Below are positions 1 to 14,700 of a DNA stretch of 64,000 nucleotides, in pieces. The DNA comes from the human T2T-CHM13v2.0 reference genome, Homo sapiens. The first letter of the stretch is position 1. Every line of letters starts with the position of its first letter. Where the stretch lies: positions 1,344,001 to 1,408,000 of the forward strand of contig CP068257.2 in the NCBI GenBank assembly GCA_009914755.4, written 5' to 3'. The position numbers and the translations under genes were made by a program. The notes beneath the pieces are model-generated. The model worked only from the letters and a program-made list of their open reading frames with translations, had not been told where the DNA came from and did no database searches.

Positions 1-1070
1 AAAGTACATCAAATATAGATTATACACTGTACATAAAATATCAAAATACCCCAAATATATATTATATACTCTACATGAAATATCAAAGTTCACAAACTAT
101 ATATTATATACTGTACATAAAATAAAGTCCCCAAGGTATATATTCTATACTGTAGAAAAAATATCAAAGTACCCAAAGCATGTATTATATACTGTATATA
201 AAATATGAAAGTACATCAAATATATATTTTATTCTGTACATAATATATAAAAGTACACCAGATATATATTCTATAGTGTACATAAAATAACAAAGTACAA
301 AAACTATAAATTATATACTGTACATAAAATATGAAATTACATCAAATATATATTAGGTACATAAAATATGAAAGTACATCAAATATAGATTATATACTGT
401 ACATAAAATTTCAATGTACCCCAAATATATATTTTATACTCTACATGAAATATCAAAGTTCACAAACCATATATTATATACTGTACATAAAATATCAAAG
501 TACCCAAGGTATATATTCTATACTATACAAAAAATATCAAAGTACCCAAAGCATGTATTATATACTCTACCTAAAATATGAATGTACATCAAATATATAT
601 TTTATTCTGTACATAAAATATCAAAGTACACCAGATATATATTCTATAGTGTACACAAAATATCAAAGTACCCAAACTATACATTATATACTGTACATAA
701 AATATGAAATTACATCAAATATATTTTATATTAGGTACATAAAATATGAAAGTACATCAAATATAGATTACATACTGTACATTAAATACCAAAGTACCCC
801 AAATATATATTTTATACTGTACATGAAATATCAAAGTTCACAAACTATATATTATATACTGTACATAAATTATCAAAGTACCCAAGGTATATATTCTATA
901 CTGTAGAAAAAATATCAAAGTACCCAAAGCATGTATTATATACTGTACATAAAATATGAAAGTACATCAAATATATATTTTATTCTGTACATAATATATC
1001 AAAGTACACCAGATATATATTCTATAGTGTACATAAAATAACAAAGTACACAAACTATACATTATATACT

Positions 1071-1443
1071 GTACATAAAATATGAAATTACATCAAATAT
1101 ATATTAGGTACATAAAATATGAAAGAACGTCAAATATAGATTATATACTGTACATAAAATATCAATGTACCCCAAATATATATTTTATACTGTACATGAA
1201 ATATCAAAGTTCACAAACCATATATTATATACTGTACATAAAATATCAAAGTACCCAAGGTATATGTTCTATACTGTACAAAAAATATCAAAGTACCCAA
1301 AGCATGTATTATATACTGTACATAAAATATGAAAGTACATCAAATATATATTTTATTCTGTACATAAAATATCAAAGTACACCAGATATATATTCTATAG
1401 TGTACATAAAATATCAAAGTACCCAAACTATACATTATATAAT
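1071..1443 (+). repeat. Reference short-form HOR copy (373 bp; monomer A is 37 bp, lacking tatat)
   Basis: A-short 1071-1107 reads gtacataaaatatgaaattacatcaaatatatattag. The long A at 1444-1485 reads ...atatattatattag. The monomer before it (1029-1070) is the I-prime variant ataacaaagtacacaaactatacatt. Confidence 0.85.
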
Positions 1444-1821
1444 GTACATAAAATATGAAATTACATCAAATATATATTATATTAGGTACATAAAATATGA
1501 AAGTACATCAAATATAGATTATATACTGTACATTAAATACCAAAGAACCCCAAATATATATTATATACTCTACATGATATATCAAAGTTCACAAACTATA
1601 TATTATATACTGTACATAAAATATCAAAGTACCCAAGGTATATATTCTATACTGTACAAAAAATATCAAAGTACCCAAAGCATGTATTATATACTGTATA
1701 TAAAATATGAAAGTACATCAAATATATATTTTATTCTGTACATAAAATATCAAAGTACACCAGATATATATTCTATAGAGTACATAAAATATCAAAGTAC
1801 CCAAACTATACATTATATAAT
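1444..1821 (+). repeat. Reference long-form HOR copy (378 bp)
   Basis: Monomer boundaries counted directly: A 1444-1485, B 1486-1527, C 1528-1569, D 1570-1611, E 1612-1653, F 1654-1695, G 1696-1737, H 1738-1779, I 1780-1821. The next A starts at 1822. E and F differ at only 5 of 42 positions. A and E differ much more. Confidence 0.9.
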
Positions 1822-3879
1822 GTACATAAAATATGAAATTACATCAAATATATATTATATTAGGTACATAAAATATGAAAGTACATCAAATATAGATTAT
1901 ATACTGTACATAAAATATCAAAGTACCCCAAATATATATTATATACTCTACATGAAATATCAAAGTTCACAAACTATATATTATATACTGTACATAAAAT
2001 ATCAAAGTACCCAAGGTATATATTCTATAATGTACAAAAAATATCAAAGTACCCAAAGCGTGTATTATATACTGTATATAAAATATGAAATTACATCAAA
2101 TATATATTTTATTCTGTACATAAAATATCAAAGTACACCAGATATATATTCTATAGTGTACATAAAATATCAAAGTACCCAAACTATACATTATATACTG
2201 TACATAAAATATGAAATTACATCAAATATATATTATATTAGGTACATAAAATATGAAAGTACATCAAATATAGATTATATACTGTACATTAAATACCAAA
2301 GTACCCCAAATATATATTTTATACTGTACATGAAATATCAAAGTTCACAAACTATATATTATATACTGTACATAAAATATCAAAGTACCCAAGGTATATA
2401 TTCTATACTGTACAAAAAATATCAAAGTACCCAAAGCATGTATTATATACTGTACCTAAAATATGAAAGTACATCAAATATATATTTTATTCTGTACATA
2501 AAATATCAAAGTACACCAGATATATATTCTATAGTGTACATAAAATATCAAAGTACCCAAACTATACATTATATAATGTACATAAAATATGAAATTACAT
2601 CAAATATATATTATATTAGGTACATAAAATATGAAAGTACATCAAATATAGATTATATACTGTACATTAAATACCAAAGAACCCCAAATATATATTATAT
2701 ACTCTACATGATATATCAAAGTTCACAAACTATATATTATATACTGTACATAAAATATCAAAGTACCCAAGGTATATATTCTATACTGTACAAAAAATAT
2801 CAAAGTACCCAAAGCATGTATTATATACTGTATATAAAATATGAAAGTACATCAAATATATATTTTATTCTGTACATAAAATATCAAAGTACACCAGATA
2901 TATATTCTATAGAGTACATAAAATATCAAAGTACCCAAACTATACATTATATAATGTACATAAAATATGAAATTACATCAAATATATATTATATTAGGTA
3001 CATAAAATATGAAAGTACATCAAATATAGATTATATACTGTACATAAAATATCAAAGTACCCCAAATATATATTATATACTCTACATGAAATATCAAAGT
3101 TCACAAACTATATATTATATACTGTACATAAAATATCAAAGTACCCAAGGTATATATTCTATAATGTACAAAAAATATCAAAGTACCCAAAGCGTGTATT
3201 ATATACTGTATATAAAATATGAAATTACATCAAATATATATTTTATTCTGTACATAAAATATCAAAGTACACCAGATATATATTCTATAGTGTACATAAA
3301 ATATCAAAGTACCCAAACTATACATTATATACTGTACATAAAATATGAAATTACATCAAATATATATTATATTAGGTACATAAAATATGAAAGTACATCA
3401 AATATAGATTATATACTGTACATTAAATACCAAAGTACCCCAAATATATATTTTATACTGTACATGAAATATCAAAGTTCACAAACTATATATTATATAC
3501 TGTACATAAAATATCAAAGTACCCAAGGTATATATTCTATACTGTACAAAAAATATCAAAGTACCCAAAGCATGTATTATATACTGTACCTAAAATATGA
3601 AAGTACATCAAATATATATTTTATTCTGTACATAAAATATCAAAGTACACCAGATATATATTCTATAGTGTACATAAAATATCAAAGTACCCAAACTATA
3701 CATTATATACTGTACATAAAATATGAAATTACATCAAATATATATTATATTAGGTACATAAAATATGAAAGTACATCAAATATAGATTATACACTGTACA
3801 TAAAATATCAAAGTACCCCAAATATATATTATATACTCTACATGAAATATCAAAGTTCACAAACTATATATTATATACT

Positions 3880-4123
3880 GTACATAAAATAAAGTCCCCA
3901 AGGTATATATTCTATACTGTAGAAAAAATATCAAAGTACCCAAAGCATGTATTATATACTGTATATAAAATATGAAAGTACATCAAATATATATTTTATT
4001 CTGTACATAATATATCAAAGTACACCAGATATATATTCTATAGTGTACATAAAATAACAAAGTACAAAAACTATAAATTATATACTGTACATAAAATATG
4101 AAATTACATCAAATATATATTAG
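3880..4123 (+). repeat. Variant HOR haplotype E-prime / F-prime / G / H-prime / I-prime / A-short; one of six recurrences
   Basis: E-prime (39 bp) gtacataaaataaagtccccaaggtatatattctatact at 3880-3918. F-prime gtaGaaaaaatatc... at 3919-3960. G at 3961-4002. H-prime ataatatatcaaagtacaccagat at 4003-4044. I-prime ataacaaagtacaaaaactataaatt at 4045-4086. A-short at 4087-4123. The same E-prime begins at 113, 3880, 7637, 8763, 20278 and 40539. Confidence 0.85.
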
Positions 4124-7100
4124 GTACATAAAATATGAAAGTACATCAAATATAGATTATATACTGTACATAAAATTTCAATGTACCCCAAATATATATT
4201 TTATACTCTACATGAAATATCAAAGTTCACAAACCATATATTATATACTGTACATAAAATATCAAAGTACCCAAGGTATATATTCTATACTATACAAAAA
4301 ATATCAAAGTACCCAAAGCATGTATTATATACTGTACCTAAAATATGAATGTACATCAAATATATATTTTATTCTGTACATAAAATATCAAAGTACACCA
4401 GATATATATTCTATAGTGTACACAAAATATCAAAGTACCCAAACTATACATTATATACTGTACATAAAATATGAAATTACATCAAATATATTTTATATTA
4501 GGTACATAAAATATGAAAGTACATCAAATATAGATTATATACTGTACATTAAATACCAAAGTACCCCAAATATATATTTTATACTGTACATGAAATATCA
4601 AAGTTCACAAACTATATATTATATACTGTACATAAATTATCAAAGTACCCAATGTATATATTCTATACTGTAGAAAAAATATCAAAGTACCCAAAGCATG
4701 TATTATATACTGTACATAAAATATGAAAGTACATCAAATATATATTTTATTCTGTACATAATATATCAAAGTACACCAGATATATATTCTATAGTGTACA
4801 TAAAATAACAAAGTACACAAACTATACATTATATACTGTACATAAAATATGAAATTACATCAAATATATATTAGGTACATAAAATATGAAAGTACGTCAA
4901 ATATAGATTATATACTGTACATAAAATATCAATGTACCCCAAATATATATTTTATACTATACATGAAATATCAAAGTTCACAAACCATATATTGTATACT
5001 GTACATAAAATATCAAAGTACCCAAGGTATATGTTCTATACTGTACAAAAAATATCAAAGTACCCAAAGCATGTATTATATAATGTACATAAAATATGAA
5101 AGTACATCAAATATATATTTTATTCCGTACATAAATTATCAAAGTACACCAGATATATATTCTATAGTGTACATAAAATATCAAAGTACACAAACTATAC
5201 ATTACATACTGTACATAAAATATGAAATTACATCAAATATATATTATATATGGTACATAAAATATGAAAGTACATCAAATATAGATTATATACTGTACAT
5301 TAAATACCAAAGAACCCCAAATATATATTATATACTCTACATGATATATCAAAGTTCACAAACTATAGATTATATACTGTAAATAAAATATCAAAGTACC
5401 CAAGGTATATATTCTATACTGTACAAAAAATATCAAAGTACCCAAAGCATGTATTATATACTGTATATAAAATATGAAAGTACATCAAATATATATTTTA
5501 TTCTGTACATAAAATATCAAAGTACACCAGATATATATTCTATAGTGTACATAAAATAACAAAGTACAAAAACTATAAATTATATACTGAACATAAAATA
5601 TGAAATTACATCAAATATATATTAGGTACATAAAATATGAAAGCATATCAAATATAGATTATATACTGTATATTAAATACCAAAGTACCCCAAATATATA
5701 TTTTATACTGTACATCCAATATCAAAGTTCACAAACCATATATTGTATACTGTACATAAAATATCAAAGTACCCAAGGTATATGTTCTATACTGTACAAA
5801 AAATATCAAAGTACCCAAAGCATGTATTATATACTGTACATAAAATATGAAAGTACATCAAATATATATTTTATTCCGTACATAAAATATCAAAGTACAC
5901 CAGATATATATTCTATAGTGTACATAAAATATCAAAGTACACAAACTATACATTACATACTGTACATAAAATATGAAATTACATCAAATATATATTATAT
6001 AAGGTACATAAAATATGAAAGTACATCAAATATAGATTATATACTGTACATTAAATACCAAAGAACCCCAAATATATATTATATACTCTACATGATATAT
6101 CAAAGTTCACAAACTATATATTATATACTGCACATAAAATATCAAAGTACCCAAGGTATATATTCTATACTGTACAAAAAATATCAAAGTACCCAAAGCA
6201 TGTATTATATACTGTATATAAAATATGAAAGTACATAAAATATATATTTTATTCTGTACATAAAATATCAAAGTACACCAGATATATATTCTATAGTGTA
6301 CATAAAATAACAAAGTACAAAAACTATAAATTATATACTGTACATAAAATATGAAATTACATCAAATATATATTAGGTACATAAAATATGAAAGTACATC
6401 AAATATAGATTATATACTGTACATAAACTATCAATGTACCCCAAATATATATTTTATACTCGACATGAAATATCAAAGTTCACAAACCATATAATATATA
6501 CTGTACATAAAATATCAAAGTACCCAAGGTATATATTCTATACTGTACAAAAAATATCAAAGTACCCAAAGCATGTATTATATACTGTACCTAAAATATG
6601 AAAGTACATTAAATATATATTTTATTCTGTACATAAAATATCAAAGTACACCAGATATATATTCTATAGTGTACATAAAATATCAAAGAACCCAAACTAT
6701 ACATTATATACTGTACATAAAATATGAAATTACATCAAATATATATTATATTAGGTACATAAAATATGAAAGTACATCAAATATAGATTATATACTGTAC
6801 ATTAAATACCAAAGTACCCCAAATATATATATTATACTGTACATGAAATATCAAAGTTCACAAACTATATATTATATACTGTACATATAATATAAAAGTA
6901 CCCAAGGTATATATTCTATACTGTACAAAAAATATCAAAGTACCCAAAGCATGTATTATATACAGTACATAAAATATGAAAGTACATCAAATATATATTT
7001 TATTCTGTACATAAAATATCAAAGTACACCAGATATATATTCTATAGTGTACATAAAATATCAAAGTACCCAAACTATACATTATATACTGTACATAAAA

Positions 7101-8762
7101 TATGTAATTACATCAAATATATATAATATTAGGTACATAAAATATGAAAGTACATCAACTATAGATTATATACTGTACATTAAATACCAAAGTACCCCAA
7201 ATATATATTTTATACTGTACATGAAATATCAAAGTTCACAAACTATATATTATATACTGTACATAAAATATCAAAGTATCCAAGGTATATATTCTATACT
7301 GTACAAAAAATATCAAAGTACCCAAAGCATGTATTATATACTGTACCTAAAATGTGAAAGTACATCAAATATATATTTTATTCTGTACATAAAATATCAA
7401 AGTACACCAGATATATATTCTATAGTGTACATAAAATATCAAAGTACCCAAACTATACATTATATACTGTACAGAAAATATGAAATTACATCAAATATAT
7501 ATTATATTAGGTACATAAAATATGAAAGTACATCAAATATAGATTATACACTGTACATTAAATATCAAAGTACCCCAAATATATATTATATACTCTACAT
7601 GAAATATCAAAGTTCACAAACTATATATTATATACTGTACATAAAATAAAGTCCCCAAGGTATATATTCTATACTGTAGAAAAAATATCAAAGTACCCAA
7701 AGCATGTATTATATACTGTATATAAAATATGAAAGTACATCAAATATATATTTTATTCTGTACATAATATATCAAAGTACACCAGATATATATTCTATAG
7801 TGTACATAAAATAACAAAGTACAAAAACTATAAATTATATACTGTACATAAAATATGAAATTACATCAAATATATATTTGGTACATAAAATATGAAAGTA
7901 CATCAAATATGGATTATATACTGTACATAAAATTTCAATGTACCCCAAATATATATTTTATACTCTACATGAAATATCAAAGTTCACAAACCATATATTA
8001 TATACTGTACATAAAATATCAAAGTACCCAAGGTATATGTTCTATACCATACAAAAAATATCAAAGTACCCAAAGCATGTATTATATACTGTACCTAAAA
8101 TATGAAAGTACATCAAATATATATTTTATTCTGTACATAAAATATCAAAGTACACCAGATATATATTCTATAGTGTACATAAAATATCAAAGTACCCAAA
8201 CTATACATTATATACTGTACATAAAATATGAAATTACATCAAATATATATTATATTAGGTACATAAAATATGAAAGTACATCAACTATAGATTATATACT
8301 GTACATTAAATACCAAAGTACCGCAAATATATATTTTATAGTGTACATGAAACATCAAAGTTCACAAACTATATATTATATACTGTACATAAAATATCAA
8401 AGTACCCAAGGTATATATTCTATACTGTACAAAAAATATCAAAGTACCCAAAGCATGTATTATATACTGTACCTAAAATATGAAAGTACATCAAATATAT
8501 ATTTTATTCTGTACATAAAATATCAAAGTACACCAGATATATATTCTATAGTGTACATAAAATATCAAAATACCCAAACTATACATTGTATACTGTACAT
8601 AAAATATGAAATTACATCAAATATATATTATATTAGGTACATAAAATATGAAAGTACATCAAATATAGATTATACACTGTACATAAAATATCCAAGTACC
8701 CCAAATATATATTATATACTCTACATGAAATATCAAAGTTCACAAACTATATATTATATACT

Positions 8763-11700
8763 GTACATAAAATAAAGTCCCCAAGGTATATATTCTATAC
8801 TGTAGAAAAAATATCAAAGTACCCAAAGCATGTATTATATACTGTATATAAAATATGAAAGTACATCAAATATATATTTTATTCTGTACATAATATATCA
8901 AAGTACACCAGATATATATTCTATAGTGTACATAAAATAACAAAGTACAAAAACTATAAATTATATACTGTACATAAAATATGAAATTACATCAAATATA
9001 TATTAGGTACATAAAATATGAAAGTACATCAAATATAGATTATATACTGTACATAAAATTTCAATGTACCCCAAATATATATTTTATACTCTACATGAAA
9101 TATCAAAGTTCACAAACCATATATTATATACTGTACATAAAATATCAAAGTACCCAAGGTATATATTCTATACTATACAAAAAATATCAAAGTACCCAAA
9201 GCATGTATTATATACTGTACCTAAAATATGAATGTACATCAAATATATATTTTATTCTGTACATAAAATATCAAAGTACACCAGATATATATTCTATAGT
9301 GTACACAAAATATCAAAGTACCCAAACTATACATTATATACTGTACATAAAATATGAAATTACATCAAATATATTTTATATTAGGTACATAAAATATGAA
9401 AGTACATCACATATAGATTATATACTGTACATTAAATACCAAAGTACCCCAAATATATATTTTATACTGTACATGAAATATCAAAGTTCACAAACTATAT
9501 ATTATATACTGTACATATAATATCAAAGTACCCAAGGTATATATTCTATACTGTACAAAAAATAACAAAGTACCAAAAGCATGTATAATATACTGTACAT
9601 AAAATATGAAAGTACATCAAATATATATTTTATTCTGTACATAAAATATCAAAGTACACCAGATATATATTCTATAGTGTACATAAAATATCAAAGTACC
9701 CAAACTATACATTATATACTGTAAATAAAATATGAAATTACATCAAATATATTTTATATTAGGTACATAAAATATGAAAGTACATCAAATATAGATTATA
9801 TACTGTACATTAAATACCAAAGTACCCCAAATATATATTTTATACTGTACATGAAATATCAAAGTTCACAAACTATATATTATATACTGTACATAAATTA
9901 TCAAAGTACCCAAAGTATATATTCTATACTGTACAAAAAATATCAAAGTACCCAAGGCATGTATTATATACTGTACATAAAATATGAAAGTACATCAAAA
10001 ATATATTTTATTCTGTACATAATATATCAAAGTACACCAGATATATATTCTATAGTGTACATAAAATAACAAAGTACACAAACTATACATTATATACTGT
10101 ACATAAAATATGAAATTACATCAAATATATATTAGGTACATAAAATATGAAAGCACATCAAATATAGATTATATACTGTACATAAAATATCAATGTACCC
10201 CAAATATATATTTTATACTGTACATGAAATATCAAAGTTCACAAACCATATATTGTATACTGTACATAAAATATCAAAGTACCCAAGGTATATGTTCTAT
10301 ACTGTACAAAAAATATCAAAGTACCCAAAGCATGTATTATATACTGTACATAAAATATGAAAGTACATCAAATATATATTTTATTCCGTTCATAAAATAT
10401 CAAAGTACACCAGATATATATTCTATAGTGTACATAAAATATCAATCTACACAAACTATACATTATATACTGTACATAAAATATGAAATTACATCAAATA
10501 TATATTATATAAGGTACACAAAATATGAAAGTACATCAAATATAGATTATATGCTGTACATTAAATACCAAAGAACCCCAAATATATATTATATACTCTA
10601 CATGAAATATCAAAGTTCACAAACTATATATTATATACTGTACATAAAATATCAAAGTACCCAAGGTATATATTCTATACTGTACAAAAAATATCAAAGT
10701 ACCCAAAGCATGTATTATATACGGTATATAAAATATGAAAGTACATCAAATATATATTTTATTCTGTACATAAAATATCAAAGTACACCAGATATATATT
10801 CTATAGTGTACATAAAATATCAAAGTACCCAAACTATACATTATATACTGTACATAAAATATGAAATTACATCAAATATATATTATATTAGGTACATAAA
10901 ATATGAAAGTACATCAAATATAGATTATATACTGTACATTAATTACCAAAGTACCCCAAATATATATTTTATACTGTACATGAAATATCAAAGTTCACAA
11001 ACTATATATTATATACTCTACATATAATATCAAAGTACCCAAGGTATATATTCTATACTGTACAAAAAATATCAAAGTACCCAAAGCATGTATTATATAC
11101 AGTACATAAAATATGAAAGTACATCAAATATATATTTTATTCTGTACATAAAATATCAAAGTACACCAGATATATATTCTATAGTGTACATAAAATAACA
11201 AAGTACACAAACTGTAAATTATATACTGTACATAAAATATGAAATTACATCAAATATATATTAGGTACATAAAATAAGAAAGTACATCAAATATAGATTA
11301 TGTACAGTATATAAAATATCAATGTACCCCAAATATATATTTTATACTCTACATGAAATATCAAAGTTCACAAACCATATATTATATACTGTACATAAAA
11401 TATCAAAGTACCCAAGGTATATATTCTATACTGTACAAAAAATATCAAAGCACCCAAAGCATGTATTATATACTGTACATAAAATATGAAAGTACATCAA
11501 ATATATATTTTATTCTGTACATAAAATATCAAACTATACCAGATATATATTCTATAGTGTACATAAAATATAAAAGTACCCAAACTATACATTATATACT
11601 GTACATAAAATATGTAATTACATCAAAAATATATTATATTAGGTACATAAAATATGAAAGTACATCAAATATAGATTATATACTGTACATAAAATATCAA

Positions 11701-14700
11701 AGTACCCCAAATATATATTATATACTCTACATGAAATATCAAAGTTCACAAACTATATATTATATACTGTACATAAAATATCAAAGTACCCAAGTTATGT
11801 ATTCTAAACTGTCCAAAAAATATCAAAGTATCCAAAGCATGTATTATATACTGTATATAAAATATGAAAGTACATTAAATATATATTTTATTCTGTACAT
11901 AAAATATCAAAGTACACCAGATATACATTCTATAGTGTACATAAAATAACAAAGTACACAAACTATAAATTATATACTGTACATAAAATATGAAATTACA
12001 TCAAATATATATTAGGTACATAAAATATGAAAGTACATAAAATATAGATTATATACTGTACATATAATATCAATGTACCCCAAATATATATTTTATACTC
12101 TACATGAAATATCAAAGTTCACAAACCATACATTATATACTGTACATAAAATATCAAAGTACCCAAGGTATATATTCTATACTGTACAAAAAATATCAAA
12201 GTACCCAAAGCATGTATTATATACTGTACATAAAATATGAAAGTACATCAAATATATATTTTATTCTGTACATAAAATATCAAAGTACACCAGATATATA
12301 TTCTATAGTGTACATAAAATATAAAAGTACCCAAACTATACATTATATACTGTACATAAAATATGAAATTACATCAAATATATATTATATTAGGTACATA
12401 AAATATGAAAGTACATCAAATATAGATTATATACTGTACATAAAATATCAAAGTACCCCAAATATATATTATATACTCTACATGAAATATCAAAGTTCAC
12501 AAACTATATATTATATACTGTACATAAAATATCAAAGTACCCAAGGTATGTATTCTATACTGTCCAAAAATTATCAAAGTATCCAAAGCATGTATTATAT
12601 ACTGTATATAAAATATGAAAGTACATTAAATATATATTTTATTCTGTACATAAAATATCAAAGTACACCAGATATATATTCTATAGTGTACATAAAATAT
12701 AAAATACCCAAACTATACATTATATACTGTACATAAAATATGTAATTACATCAAAAATATATTATATTAGGTACATAAAATATGAAAGTACATCAAATAT
12801 AGATTATATACTGTACATAAAATATCAAAGTACCACAAATATATATTATATACTCTACATGAAATATCAAAGTTCACAAACTATATATTATATACTGTAC
12901 ATAAAATATCAAAGTACCCAAGGTATGTATTCTATACTGTCCAAAAAATATCAAAGTATCCAAAGCATGTATTATATACTGTATATAAAATATGAAAGTA
13001 CATTAAATATATATTTTATTCTGTACATAAAATATCAAAGTACACCAGATATATATTCTATAGTGTACATAAAATAACAAAGTACACAAACTATAAATTA
13101 TATACTGTACATAAAATATGAAATTACATCAAATATATATTAGGTACATAAAATATGAAAGTACATCAAATATAGATTATATACTATACATATAATATCA
13201 ATGTACCCCAAATATATATTTTATACTCTACATGAAATATCAAAGTTCACAAACCATACATTATATACTGTACATAAAATATCAAAGTACCCAAGGTATA
13301 TATTCTATACTGTACAAAAAATATCAAAGTACCCAAAGCATGTATTATATACTGTACATAAAATATGAAAGTACATCAAATATATATTTTATTCTGTACA
13401 TAAAATATCAAAGTACACCAGATATATATTCTATAGTGTACATAAAATATCAAAGTACCCAAACTATACATTATACACTGTACATAAAATATGAAATTAC
13501 ATCAAATATATATTAGGTACATTAAATATGAAAGTACATCAAATATAGATTATATACTGTACATAAAATATCAAAGTACCCCAAATATATATTATATACT
13601 CTACATGAAATATCAAAGTTCACAAACTATATATTATATACTGTAAATAAAATATCAAAGTACCCAAGGTATATATTCTATACTGTACAAAAAATATCAA
13701 AGTACCCAAAGCATGTATTATATACTGTACATAAAATATGAAAGTACATCAAATATATATTTTATTCTGTACATAAAATATCAAAGTACACCAGATATAT
13801 ATTCTATAGTGTACATAAAATAACAAAGTACACAAACTATAAATTATATACTGTACATAAAATATGAAATTACATCAAATATATATTAGGTACATAAAAT
13901 ATGAAAGTGCATCAAATATAGATTATATACTGTACATAAAATATCAATGTACCCCAAATATATATTTTATACTCTACATGAAATATCAAAGTTCACAAAC
14001 CATATATTATATACTGTACATAAAATATCAAAGTACCCAAGGTATATATTCTATACTGTACAAAAAATATCAAAGTACACAAAGCATGTATTATATACTG
14101 TACATAAAATATGAAAGTACATCAAATATATATTTTATTCTGTACATAAAATATCAAAGTACACCAGATATATATTCTATAGTGTACATAAAATATCAAA
14201 GTACCCAAACTATACATTATACACTGTACATAAAATATGAAATTACATCAAATATATATTATATTAGGTACATAAAATATGAAAGCACATCAAATATAGA
14301 TTATATACTGAACACTAAGTACCAAAGTACCCCAAATATATATTTTATACTGTACATCAAATATCAAAGTTCACAAACTATATATTATATACTGTACATA
14401 AAATATCAAAGTACTCATGGTATATATTCTATACTGTACAAAAAATATCAAAGTACCCAAAGCATGTATTATATACTGTACATAAAATATGAAAGTATAT
14501 CAAATATATATTTTATTCTGTATATAAAATATCAAAGTACACCAGATATATATTCTATAGTTTACATAAAATATCAAAGTACCCAAACTATACATTATAT
14601 ACTGTACATAAAATATGAAATTACATCAAATATATATTAGGTACATAAAATATGAAAGTACATCAAATATAGATTATATACTGTACATAAAATACCAAAG

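Noticed and set aside
1082-3892. 936-aa ORF, the largest in the supplied track, as a candidate gene. It resembles a tyrosine/isoleucine-rich repeat protein.
   Set aside because: The amino-acid period (14) equals the DNA monomer (42 bp). The ORF is simply the one stop-free frame of the satellite. Its start and stop coincide with specific repeat variants (A-short and E-prime). The composition is extreme low-complexity with no recognisable domain. The same ORF reappears wherever the array lacks frame-breaking variants.
6107-6313. Minus-strand ORFs (6107-6313, 48485-48700, 48858-49082).
   Set aside because: They are short (68-74 aa), lie inside the same repeat, are low-complexity, and occur only where point mutations remove minus-strand stops.
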